A stretch of 64,000 nt of DNA from Cyanophora paradoxa CCMP329 (Eukaryota > Plantae > Glaucophyta): NCBI GenBank assembly GCA_004431415.1, contig QPMI01000071.1, positions 434,001-498,000 of the forward strand. Direction: 5' to 3'. This document shows, one piece after another, positions 11,901 to 24,400 of this stretch; the stretch's first letter is position 1; the number at the start of each line of letters is the position of its first letter. A model generated the notes under the pieces. The model worked only from the letters and a program-made list of their open reading frames with translations, was not told the origin of the DNA and did no database searches. Position numbers and translations under genes: made by a program.

Positions 11901-13878
11901 CTGCGAGCCGGACGTGCTCGCCAGTGGCAAGAATGCCGACGTCGCAAGGAAGCTGTTCGTAGACGCAATGCCCGAAGCGCTCAAATGCGCAAGAGCGAGA
12001 AAATCAGACGCCGTTCGAGCTGCTGACGTCGAGACGTAGCGGCAGCGGATGCTGGAGCCCGCCGGAGCGCTGGTAGAGGAGACAGACACATTGACTAGAG
12101 GGGTTCCGGCTGCGTTCGAATTCTCCGTTTCAAACAGCATAAAGAAGAAGATCTCTAAAAATGCGCGCACCAATGACATAGAACGTCGAGCTCCGAGCCT
12201 TCGTTTGAAACGTTAAGCTCGACCCCTCACCGCTGTACCGCAAGTACCGGCACTCGAACGCCCCAGCAGGCGTCGACCAGGGGACCGACAGTGTAAAAGT
12301 ACCCGATTGCGATGACACGAAGCCCGAGCCGACGACGTATTCGGCGCTGGATAGCGCCGCGGAAGACAGGATAACGGCAATGAAGTCGTTTGAATCAGCC
12401 CAGGCGCCCGGGCTCGTCGAGAAGCTGCATTGCACTGAGGTGCCCGCGGCTAACCGCAGAACAGAAACAGGAACTGAGACACTGTACGTAGGAGCTGCGA
12501 CTTACAGTCAGATGTCGAAGGAATTTCGAATTCAGAACTTTGAGCGCGGACCTGCAACGCTAAAGCTCGAGCTGCGGGCCTTAGTGCTATACGAAGTGCC
12601 TGTCTGCCGCACGTAACGGCACTCGGAGGCGGTGGCGGCCGAGAGTGGCACGCGCAGGCCCACGCTCCCAGAGCTGGCTGTCAGCCCCGCAGATTTGGCG
12701 AGGAAGGTGGCGCTCGTGAGGGCACTGGCGGCGTCCGCGAGCGCGATGAAGTCCGCACTGCTGTACGAGTTGCTGGAATACGTGCACTGAACCGTAGCCC
12801 CGGCCGTTGTGCTGTAAACTGAGGCAGACACCGAAAACGCTTCCGGAACTGAGCGGTAAGCAGGTGCACGTGCACGCGTCAGCAGTTGCAGCGCCACTTG
12901 CAAGGGATTTATTTGAATTAGTACCTGTGACGGTGAGCACGGAGCTGTATGCAAGCACGCTGCAGGACGTGCTATAAATGCAGCGTACGTAGCGGCAGCT
13001 GTACGAAGTGCTGCCAGCCGTTGTGCCCGACGGCACGCTGAGCGTGAATGTAACATAACTGCTGGAGTATGCCAGCGCGTCCGTTCTTCGAATGCAATGC
13101 CAGTCCAGTCAGATAAACGAATGTGCATGATCTAAATGCACATGGATTGGACGATTAATATCGCTTGCTTATGCACCTCAAGAGGTATGCGGATAGACTA
13201 GTTGAAGAGCTCGCTGAATGGGGGCTCAGCGCGATGTAGTCTGCCGATCCCAGCGAATTCGTAGAAAAAGAGCATGTGACGCTCGCCCCTGGCGAGGCGG
13301 ACGTCGAAGAGGTCCAGGTGGAGTATGTGGGCGCCGGCGGCGGCGGCGGCGGCGGCGGAGGCGGCGGAGGCGGCGGCGGCACGTAAACTGGATCCAGAGG
13401 GCCGGGAGAGGTATCCATGCATATAATCATTAGCCGAAGGGGCAGAAGACGCTTATGCCTTGGGCAACGCACCACGAACAACAATGTCGGCGCTGTAGGC
13501 CTTGTCCGTGTAGCTCAAGCATCCGCCAATGCACCAGTTCCCTTCGAGCAGGCGACACTCGTATGTGCCGGTCGAGTAGATCTCGAAGTCAATATCACCA
13601 TTCGAATAAGAAAGGAAGCTGCTGACCGCCTCCCACTCTTTCGAGTTCCGTGCCGCGACCACGTCGAACAGACCCACGATCGCATTCCTGCTGCTCGAGT
13701 CCCGGTGGTAGCTGCAGGTAACGGTGTCTCCTGGCGCCATAGTGGTCGGAGATGCGTCGATTTCCCAGTAGGCGAACGCCGTTGGGATGAAGCTTGATTG
13801 CAAGCTCAATGAGATAGCAATCATAAGAAGGGCGACCGAATTCGAAGGGCGACGTATACGTATATGTGCACGCATCAT
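5957..13878 (-). CDS. Multi-exon type-I membrane protein: signal peptide, ~9 SKICH/Ig-like repeats, class-3 lipase domain, TM, Pro/Ala-rich cytoplasmic tail
   Basis: N-terminal hydrophobic signal VALLMIAISLSL. Repeats with V.C.Y...DF(I/L)AL...SGS...G.YECRY.R...ARS..F.V, mostly separated by introns. Spliced nucleophile motif LVITG|HSRGASLA (~9420-9560), TFGAPKPG, DIVSLLPP and a His in LELHGVHAY. TM VIAIASGVGGGATLLVCVCGVLLC (~7210-7282). Confidence 0.85.
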
Positions 13879-15158
13879 GGTCGACTCATGGAACTATGGT
13901 GCACGTGGGATATGCATGTACATGTGTGCACCAAAGCTTATTAAAAGTTGAGGCTGCACGCTAACGTATACGTTCAACGGTTAACGCTGCCAGGCTCTGA
14001 GGGCTACCGTGAAAGCCGCCAAAATGAAAATGAAAGCCGAAGCTGCTCATCATACATCATGGCATGCGCGCGCATACCGTAGTACTGCATCTGCATGGCA
14101 CATGCGGAACACATGCATGCATCAGTTGCAACAACAAAACAGGCTTACAGCACTGCGGCAACTTAAGCCCTTGAAGCTTCCGGGACTCCGGATCCGGGAT
14201 ATCGATGGCGGCGAGATCGGAGTCTACGGTAGCTATAGACTATACTGTCACTATAGTACTGTATACTAGTACGTATACATACCGTAACATACGTACTACG
14301 TAGTTCCACTGGGCCAGGCTCATGATCAGCGGCTCCAGGGCCCAGGCAAGCTACCAGTATAGCTATAGGCTATAGCTATTAGCTGTACTGTTACAGTAGT
14401 ACTGTACTACGGAAAGTTCGCGCCAGCGCGCGATGATTTCCGAGTTCGATTGATCAATTGCAACCGCGAATGAATCCGCGATTGCCAAGTACTTCGGTAG
14501 GAATGCGGCTTGCCGCCAAGTTGCCGGCCAAAAAGTTGACTTGCGGTCAAGCCAAGCCAAGCCGATGATCATACGCATTGCAATTAATTAATATTATATA
14601 AGCGCCAATTGCAATATTTATAGCAGGTTATCACCGCCTATCAGAAGCAGTAATAGGCTACTAATAGCTGCAGGCCTAGCTAGCTATAGCCTGATCGAAG
14701 CTAGCTTAGGCTATATATACATGCATATGGAGCAACCCAATTGCATTAATTATTAATTAGAGCCCGAGCAGCTGCGCATGCAGATCTAGATCTAGAGCTA
14801 GAGCTCGCATGCAGAGCATCCCCCCCTGTCCCCCCCCCCTCCCCCTCTCCCCCCATCCCGGCCCCGGCCCCCTTCCATGGCGCTGGCCCGGCCACGCTCT
14901 AGATCTGCAGTCTCGCCCTCACTCTTCGAATTCCAGCGCTAGCTTCCAACCCCCCCCCCTCGCAGGGCCTCGCCCAAGCACCCCCACCTAACCCCCTCCC
15001 GCATCCCCTCCTCCATCGGTATGTATTTCGCCCTTGTCGACTCCTCCTGCAAATGGATCATTCACATCCCGCCCCGCCCCGGCCCGGCCCAGCCGCCCCC
15101 AAGCCCCCGCGGAACTCCCACAGGCTCCGCGCATATACACACGTCGGCACGGAACACG

Positions 15159-16146
15159 TCAGCCGCCCAGGCGCCCCCGGAGCTCCCGGACTTCGGCCTC
15201 CAGCTCGGCGACGCGCGCGAGGAGGGTCCTCCGCTCGGCCCGCAGCGCCGCGTTCTCCGCCTCCAGCGCCTGCTCAGATCAGATCAGATCAGATCGGATC
15301 AGATCGGATCTGAGCGGTGCTCGGATCCGAGCACCTCGCAGGCGCCGCCGGAGACCGCGGGCCCCGCGCCGGTCTCGTCCTGAGGGGGGAGGGGGGGGGG
15401 GGGGGGGGGCGGGAAGGGGGGGGAAGGGGGGTTGAGGCAGGCCGAGGCAAGGCGGGCGCGGGCGAGCGAGCGCGGGGCGGCCGGGCGGAGCTCACGTCGG
15501 CGGCGGCGGCGGCGGCGGAGGCGGCGGTCAGAAGGGAGCGGAGGTAGGAAAGAGTGTCCGCCCCGGAGCGCCGGGCGTGCTCGGGGACGTCTGTGAGCGG
15601 GTTGCAGCCCGCTTCCAGCGCCTCGAGCGCGGCGAGGCGGCCGATCTCCGGCGGCAGCGCCGCCAGCTGGTTCGAGCTGACGTTCAGCTTCCGGAGGCGC
15701 GCGAGCTGGCCGATCTCCCGAGGCAGCGCCGCGAGCCGGTTGTCCCTCAAGTCGAGCTCGGTCAGGCTGGCGAGGCGGCCGATCTCTGGCGGCAGCGCCG
15801 TCAGCCGGTTGCTCCACGCGGAGAACTCCCGCAGGTTCGCGAGCTGCCCGATCTCCGGGGGCAGCGCTATGAGCTGGTTGGAGGGCACGTCGATCTTCTG
15901 CAGGCCCGTGAGGAGCCCGATCTCGCGCGGCAGCTCCATCACGGGGTTGCAGCCCATGATCAGCTCCCGCAGGCCCGTCAGCTTCGCGAGCTCCACGCCC
16001 GGGATGCTTGTGATGAAGTTGCCGTGGAGGTCGAGCACGGCGATGTTCGCGGGGCCGGCGCGCTCAATCTCCGCCGTCGGCCACACGATCCGCCTCTCGC
16101 AGCACAGGTCGAGCGTGCGCTGCTCCGGGATCCAGCCTTTCCCCAT
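15159..16146 (-). CDS. Leucine-rich repeat protein with a C-terminal coiled coil (3 exons)
   Basis: MGKGWIPE... followed by ~7 23-aa repeats L.ALP(P/R)EIG.LA.L..L.L..N. A small exon at ~15335-15379, and a last exon ALEAENAALRAERRTLLARVAELEAEVRELRGRLGG*. Confidence 0.85.
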
Positions 16147-16327
16147 CGGCTCTGAGGAATTGGTCAGCGTGCAAGCGCTTCGGGGCGACCGCGCGCTCGC
16201 GCGACGCACGCGGTGGTTCGACGCGGCTGAGGGTCGTTTGCTGGCGCTTTCGAGTCGCTCCGCTTTTCGTCGAGGGTCGACGTCGTTTCTCGTACCCGGA
16301 CTGCCGCCGCCACTGCCCGCCAGCGCG
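16147..16327. promoter_or_regulatory. Probable bidirectional promoter between the LRR and ALDH genes
   Basis: Divergent ATGs at 16146 (-) and 16328 (+) are only ~180 bp apart. Confidence 0.55.
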
Positions 16328-19300
16328 ATGCAGCGGCCCAAGCTGCAGCCGCTCTACCCGTTCTGGGTGGGCCGTAAGGCCGTCAGAGACACGCAGTTCC
16401 AGCTCCCCGTCGCTGATGTCTTCACGAAGGAGACGGCCGCCCGCGTCGCCTACGCAGAGGCGAGCCACGTGCGGCACGCGATCGAAGCCGCGGAGGCCGC
16501 GGAGGAGGCGATGGGATCCATGCCCGCGTACAAGCGGAAGGCGCGCCGCGCCATCGTCGCCCCAGCTCGCTCGCTCGCTCGCTTGCGTACGTGCGCCGCG
16601 CGGCGCTGACGTGAGCGCAGGCGGTGCTCGTGCAGCTGGCGAGGGAGCTCGCCGCGCGCTCGGAGGAGTTCGCGGGCGTCCTCGTCCGCGAGACGGGCAA
16701 GACCATCCGGTTCGAATTCGAAACCGCCCTCCGCTCCCGTTTCTCTCCGGCCCACGCGCGCGCGCCGCAGCGACGCCCGCGGCGAAGTGGCGCGCGCGGT
16801 TTCGACGCTCGAGCTCTCCGCGGACGAGGCGCTCCGCGCCAACCAGGGCGACTCCGGCGCGCACGCCCGCGCTCTGATTTCGATCCGGCTTCTCCTCTCT
16901 TCGGCCGCGACGCTCACGCAGCCCCTCGCCCGGCCGCCGCAGGCTCCGCCGAGATCGCTGAACGGAACGCGGGTGCGCCTCTCTCCTGTCTCGGCCGCGC
17001 CCGCCCCCGAGCTTAAGGATGCGCTTCCACCGGCCTTCCGCAGGCATGTCCTACCTCACGCGGCGCTTCCCCATCGGCCCCGTCTCTATGATCACGCCCT
17101 TTAACTTCCGTGCGCCCGCTCGGCTCGACCCCGCGGCTCCGCGGCCCCGCCCGACGCACGCGCGCCCCTTTCCCCCCTCCGCCGCGGCGCAGCCTTGAAC
17201 CTCGCCGTGAGCCCCGTACCCCTCGCCCCACCCTCGTCCAGCCCCGAGCGCGTCCCCTCCCCCCCAAGGTCCACAAGATCGGCCCCGCCATCGCCGCGGG
17301 CTGCCCATTCGTCGTCAAGGTCCGTACCCCGTTCCCCCCTCGCACCCCATCCCGTACCCCCCTGACCTCTCCCCTCTCCCCCGCGCCCTCAGCCCTCCAA
17401 CCGCACCCCAATAGCCACCTCCATGCTCGGTTCGGAGCGCCCCGTGCACGTACCCCCCACCCTCGCACACCGACACGTACCCCCCCCCCAGGCGAGATGC
17501 TGAGCCGCACGGACCTCCCCGACGGCGCCTTCAGGCGCGCCGCCTCCCTTACCCCTACCCCTTCCACCTTGAATTGACGTACCCCCCGGGGGCGCAGCGT
17601 GGTGCCGTGCTCGCCCGGGGATGCGGAGGAGCTCGTCACCGATCCCCGCATGGTACCCCCCCGGGCTCGTAATCAGAGGCATCCAAGGCCCCGTTGTTCT
17701 CCTCGCTTACAGATAGCCTAATCCAGCTCTTAGAGCCCGCTTGCTTGATCCTCCTCCCCTTCTCCTTCTCGGCCCCTTCTCCTCACTCACCGCCCCCTTT
17801 GCAGGCGATGCTGAGCTTCACGGGCTCGGCGGCGGTCGGGTGGAAGCTCAAGGCCCTCGCCGGCCGCAAGCGGGCGCGCCCCCCCCCCCCCCCCCCCCCC
17901 CCCCGACTCCCCCTTCCTCCACCGCCGCCTCTCTCCTAGGACCCGAACCAGGTCGCCCCCCCCCCCCCCCCCCCCCCCTCTCTCTTCCCTCCTGCCGAAG
18001 TCCGCTAGCTCTTCTTCCGCCTTCCCCCCCCCCCCGCGCGCCTCAATGCTGTACCCCCAGGTGGCGCTGGAGCTCGGGGGCGACGCGGCGTGCATCGTCG
18101 ACCAGAGCGTGCGCGCTGGGCCGGCGGCCCGAATGCCCTAGGGGCCCCTAGGGGCTAGGGGCCCGCTTCTAGCTCGCCGCGACGCGCTGGGCCTGGGCCG
18201 GGGCTGGGCGCCGGCGGGCGCCGGCGGCTGGGCCGAGCTAGTGTCGTTAAACCGAGTGTCCCCTAAGAGACGGGGCCGCCGCCCCTAGAACGCCGCCGCC
18301 GGCCCTCCACCCTTGCACGCCCACCGCCTCCTCCCTGCGCCGCCCCTAAGAGACGGGGCCGCCGCCACTAATGCCCTAGGGGCCCCTAGGGGCTAGGGGC
18401 CCGCCCCTAGCCCGCCGCGACGTGCTGGGCGCCAACAACGCCGCCCGCCCTCCGATCCCCCCTTGCGCGCCCGCCGCCCTCCTTGGCCCGCGGCGAGGGG
18501 CGCAGCTGGCGTCGACCCTTACATACACTCCCCCCCCCCCCCCCCCCCGCGCTGCGGGCGTCGACCTGTACATCTACCTGTACCAGAGAGAGGGGGAGGA
18601 GGCCTCCCGAATCGTCTAAAAAGCTGTACCCCCCCCGCGCAGGCCGCCGCGATGGACCTCGATCGCATCGTCCGCCGCCTCGCCTTCGGGGCCTTCTACC
18701 AGGTACCCCCCTGCCCCTTCTTCCCCCCCCCAAAAAAGAGCATGCAACGAACGAAACGAGAGCTCTAGGCCAGGCTCTATTCTTCCCTATGCCCCTCTGC
18801 CCCTCCCCGGCCCCCTCTGACCCGGGCGGGGCGTGCGGGGCGGCAGAGCGGGCAGAGCTGCATCTCGGTGCAGCGCCTCCTCGTCCACGAGGCCCTCTAC
18901 GAGGTGCGAACGAAGCGGCCCGGCACGCGGGCTACGAGGACCGCTCGATGGCGGGGCGGGGCGGGGCGGGGCGGGGCGGGGCGGACCCTGCTGAGCGGGC
19001 GGGGCGGGGCGGGGCGGACCCTGTTGAGCGCGCTGAGCCGGGCGGGGCGGGGCGGGGCGGGGCGCAGGAGGTGGCGGGGCGGCTGGCGGCGGCGGCCCGC
19101 GCCCTGCGGCTCGGGGACCCCCTCAGCGAGGCCACCGACCTCGGTGCGAACGAAGCGGTCGCCCCGTACCACCCCACACATCGTACCCTACCCCATTTTT
19201 ACCGTACCCCCAGGCCCCATGATCTCGGAGGCCGAGGCGGCCCGGCTCGATTCGTGGGTCTTCGACGCCGTTCAGAAGGTGCCGTACCCCCCGGGACCCT

Positions 19301-20235
19301 TACCTCCCGCGAATCACGTACCCTGCAGGGGGGCCGCCTCCGCTGCGGGGGGCGGCGCGACGGCGCCCTTTACGAACCCACTGTACCCCCATTCCTTCCC
19401 TCGTCCAATTCTCTGTATCCCCTCACATCTCTCTCCAGGTACTGGAGGACGTACCCCCCGACTGCGCCCTCTCCTGCGAGGAGGCCTTCGGACCCGTACC
19501 CCTCTCCCTTCCCCCACCTCCCTTCCTCTGATATATGCTATTCTAAGCCAATCAGCTGCGACTACAATTAGCTATTTCTAATTCGAGCTCCCGGCATCAG
19601 GTGGTGGCGCTCAAGCGGGTACGGGGACTCGAGGAGGCGCTCGATGCTGTCAACGACTCCCGCTTCGGCCTCCAGGTACCCCCCCCCCCCACCCCTGCCT
19701 GGAGCGAGGGGGGTTTAAGTGGGGGCTTGTAGTTTGTTTAGACCGCGCGTAATGCTCTAGCTCTCGTGGACGTTCTGTACCCGGGAGGGGCCAAGGGGGC
19801 GCGGCCTGGGCCTGATCGTGACGTCACGGTCCTTTTTTGCAGATGGGGATTTTCACGCGGGACTTGCCGGCTGCCTTCCGAGCCTTCGAGCGCGCCCAGG
19901 TGCGCTTTACCCCGCTCTCCCTGCCCTGTCGATCCTGAAACTTCGTCCGGGGCAGGTTGGTGCGGTGGTGGTGAACGACGTACCCTCCGTCCGCGTGGAC
20001 TCCCTTCCCTACGGCGGCGTCAAGGTCCGCGCCTGTACCCCCAACGCAACGCCGCGCTCGGAGGCGTGTTCGGGGGCGCCACGCTGAGCTCGGCTCATAG
20101 CACCCAGTGGTCCCAGCGATCCAGTAGCCCAGAAACTAACTCGTACCCCCGCAGGACTCTGGGGAGGGACGGGAGGGGGTACGGAGCGCCGTGCAGGAGA
20201 TGACCCTCGAGCGAGTCATGATCGTAGCGAGCTAG
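16328..20235 (+). CDS. Aldehyde dehydrogenase, ALDH21-like (NADP-dependent succinic-semialdehyde dehydrogenase type), many small exons
   Basis: Spliced motifs: ETGKTI, PIGPVSMITPFNF|PLNLA|VHKIGPAIAAGCPFVVK, SFTGSAAVGW, LELGGDAA (catalytic Glu), GAFYQ|SGQSCISVQR (catalytic Cys), EEAFGP, NDSRFGLQ, NDVPSVRVDSLPYGGVK|DSGEGREG. TAG at 20233-20235. Confidence 0.92.
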
Positions 20236-20374
20236 CAGGGTACCGCTAATCGACGAGGACATTTACATTGGGGCTGCCGCACTGACGTCGGCTGTAGGGC
20301 GCTTCGATGCAGCCGAGTGCATGCTACTAGCTAAAGGCTAGGCTCGATTCTTTTTCTTTCTTAAGCTTGGAAGA

Positions 20375-20481
<107 letters not shown>

Positions 20482-21466
20482 AACACGCCTCAACACGCCT
20501 CAACACGCCTCAATTGCAACGTATGTCCACATGCACGCGCGCCTAATTATAATTATAAGCACATGCATATGCAGCATTGATGGCATGCGCATCATAGATA
20601 AAGTGCTTCCCAGAAGTTGAACGGTTCTCCGGGAATATCTCAGTTTGAATCATTGATTAAAGGAATATCCTTGAGTCTGGGGCCTGATCACGACTAGTTC
20701 TGTATACGTAACTGCAATCGCAATTGCAAGGCCCGAGGCTTCAAGCCTCAGCCAAGGGGGTACCTTCGCGGATGACTTGATTCCGAAGTTCCCTGAAGAC
20801 TCTGAGAGTTTATAAATTTGAACCGCAAGGCACTGGTGAAGGCAATTCGTTATCTTCGAATTCGTGTATTCATGGCACATGCGCACGCGCACAACGACAT
20901 GCGTACGAACTCGGAACGACGTGGCGCGGCGCCAATATGCAAGCTGCAGCTGATTGAAACCTACGGAACTTAAAAACGCGTGATGTCCGACTTTCAAGTT
21001 CTGAAGCTCTAGCCTAAACGTCTACAGCTACCGATAAAGATGAGCAGCAAGCACTTAGCGGCTGGAAAACACGTCAATGAAATTCTAAACATGAAGCCAA
21101 CCCTAGGTCTTCGGCGGAGGGTAGAGGGCCTGTGCCACAACACGCACACGCCCTTCACAGAATTCGAACTGTATCAGAAATGAGAGTAGAGAATAACATG
21201 AATAGAGGCATCGCTGTCGACACTCTAAGAGAAAGAAAATAGGATCAACCTGCCTCGCAATTTTGAATGTCGGCCCTGCACGCCAGCGGCCGGCTATCAC
21301 TAATCAACAACTCCAGCAAACGGTACGTTCAAAATGCGCGCAAAGCAATTATCCTTTGCGCGCTTAAAAGAAGCTGCAGCTGTACACTGTGTCGCGCGCA
21401 AGCAGGCCGCCCGCCGCCTGCTTAGCACGCGACGGCCCGACCGGATTACCGGCTCAGAGCGGGCGC

Positions 21467-24400
21467 TCAGGCGCTGGCCCCGAGCTCGAGGACCCAGGCC
21501 GAGGCGGCCTTGCCGCCCGCCGCCGTCGAGCACTGCACGTGCACCTCGAACTCGCGCCGGAGCACGCCGCTGCATTTCGGAGGAGAAGTTCAGAGAGGAA
21601 GGGAAGAAGGGCAGAGGGCTCAGAGAAGAGAAGAGAAGAGCAGAGGGAGATCTAGAGGGGCGTGTGCGTGCCTGGACGGGATGAGGGTGCTGAACTCGAC
21701 CTTGGTGCGGCGGCGCTCGCCGGCGCGCTCCGTCTCGCGCACGGCGGCGACGAGGGAGCCGTCCCCGCCCATGCGCAGCTCGGCCGCCGGCGCCATCCCG
21801 AGGCCCGCGCTGTCCGTCAGCGCGCGGTTGTCGCGGTCGGTCGCGAGCAGGCCTGCCGGCGCACCCTCAATCAGCATACGTATAATTTATGCTAGAGAAG
21901 CTTCTATCAGCTGTAAAGGTCGAAAGAAAGCAAGGGGCGAGCTCGAGGGGGCAGGGGGCGCACCGGCGGGCGTGGCCCCGTCGTCGAGGACGACAACTCC
22001 GACCTCGCAGGCCGGCTCCTCACACGCGTCCGTCGCGTTGTACTCGAACTGACGTGTCAGGGGCCGTGTCAGAGTCAGAAAGCTCGAGAAAGCTCAAAGC
22101 TCAAGGGCCGGGCGCCCTATGTGAATGTAACTGTGAGTGTCTCATATCTATGTCATCTATGCATGTGATTATATAACGTCAATACATGAGCTGTAAAGCT
22201 GTGGTGCGGTGAAAAGCAATATTAATATTGAGGCGCACCGCGAGGGTGACGGTGCCGGTGGGGGTTGCGATGGTCGACAAATTGGCGTTGAGGGGCGTCG
22301 TCCCGTCGTCCGCCGGGCAGCTGTTTGTGTGTGCGCGCCGCGCAGCGTGAGGAACGAGCTCTAGTACATTAGCAGATTTCTATTTGTAACTAAAGGGCGC
22401 GCCTGCAGCCGAGGACGAGGAAGTCGGTGCCGTTGACGTTCGCGAAGGCGCCCCCGACGCTTAGCTTGGGCGCCGAGCTCCGCTCAACCTAACAGATGGA
22501 CAAACAAACAAACAAATAAGCAAGCGGAACGAGCTAGATAACATATATCATAGGGCGGACCAGGATGGTGGAGGTGCAGGCGGGGCCCTCGCCCAGCCCG
22601 AAGCGGTCGGCGACCCCGGGGACCTCCTCCGTGTAGATGTGCACGAATTGCGGCGCCCCCGTCGCCGTCAGCTGCTGGTTGTCAGGGCGCAGATAGCTGA
22701 GGTGGGGGGTGGGGGGCACCGGGGCGCCCGGGGGGATGGACTGGACGAGGCCGACGGAGTAGGCGCGCTCGCACTGGAACTTCGCGGTCATCTGGGGCTC
22801 ATGTGAGCGAACTGGGGTACGAGAAGAAGGAAGGGGGGTGGAGGGGGGGGGGGGCAACCTGAGGGCGAAGGTCCTCCATCGGGACGGAGCACTGCGGCGG
22901 CGTCGAAACGAAGGTGAGGAAAAGGCGAAGGCAGAAAGGCAGGAGAAGGCGGGCCTGGCCCTCGGGGATGCGCTTGACGATGTTGCGGGGCGGGCAGGAG
23001 CCGCCGGCGCTCTGGCAGACGCTCGGCACGTACAGGTCCGCGACTGAAATAATTCAAGGGAGTCAGGGAGGCCCGCGTCGCGAGGCGGAAATTCGAGGAA
23101 ATTAAGGGCGGCGCCGCGTCCGGACCGGCGATGGTGAAGGCGCAGGAGGCGTTGACCTCGGGGTGCTGGCGGAGCGCCCACGTGAAGTTTGCCTCGTAGC
23201 GGCCGCTGCGAGGCGGGCCGCGTCAGGCGGGGCGGGCGTGCGGATGGAGGTGGGCCGGTGTGTGGGCGGGCGCGCCTGCTCTGGCGGGCGACGTCGGCGG
23301 GGTACGCCTGGTTGGTGACGTTGTCGTAGGCGGGCAGGAGGAGCGTCCCGGCCGGCGGCCACTGGCGGAAGTCCAGCTGGGGAGGGGAGGGGGGAAAGAG
23401 GGGCTCCTGGTCAGCACCGGAAAGCCTCCGTGCGGCGCTCAACTAACTTCGATTCTAATTATTTGGAGGCGGCAAGCGTGCACCTCTTTCGGGTCGAGCC
23501 CGGCCAGCTCGGAGATGTTCGGCATGAGGACGCCCTGCGCGGCGGGCGCGATTCCGATCAGACCCGATCGGGTTGGCGTCAAATATCTCAGGAGGGAGAG
23601 GGAAGGCGGAAATTGCAGAATCTCTCTCAGGAATACGAGCCAAGAAACAGGGCGGGGCGCACGGCGATGGAGACGGCCCCGCGCGGGATGCACTCCAGGG
23701 TCTCGAGCGTCACGTTGGGGGCGGGGCACGCCAGCGTCGGCCGCTCGTCCGCTGCGCCGGACGAACAACAGCGTCGGACCGCGTCAGCGGCGCTCGGCGG
23801 CAGCAGGCGGGGCAGCGCGCGCGCGCGCACCGAGCGGGGTCCACACGATGACGGAGACCGGGCCCGACTCGAGGCGGCCGCCGCCGCAGGCGGGGGCGCG
23901 GGAGCGCGCCACGATCTGGTAGGGCGTGCCGGGCTGCAGGCCCTCCAGCACGGAGTAGGAGCCGCGGGCGTCCAGCGGCTGGGCGTCGCGCCACGTCTCG
24001 TTCGAGGTCACGTTGTACCTGCTCAGATCAGATCAGATCCGATCCGATCGGATCCGATCGGATCGGATCAGACGGACCCGGCGGGCAGGGTGGCGTTGTT
24101 GAGAGAGGTGTTGAAGGCCATGGAGTTGTTCGCGCGGCGGTACATGATGCGGACCGAGCCGGCGCGCACGCCCGCGTACGGCAGCTGCCACTGCTCGAGC
24201 GAGCGAGCGGGCGGGCAGAGGAGCGCGGGTTAGACGTCGCGAGGCGAAGGCTAAAGGCTAAACCAGCAAATTTTTAAGGTTTTATAATTAAAACACAGGC
24301 TCTAGATCTCAAGCTGTTTATTAAAGGGTTCCAAAACGCGCACGTTGACGACGATGACGGAGGGCGAGACGGCCGTCGCGTTCAGAGAGACGACGGGGTT

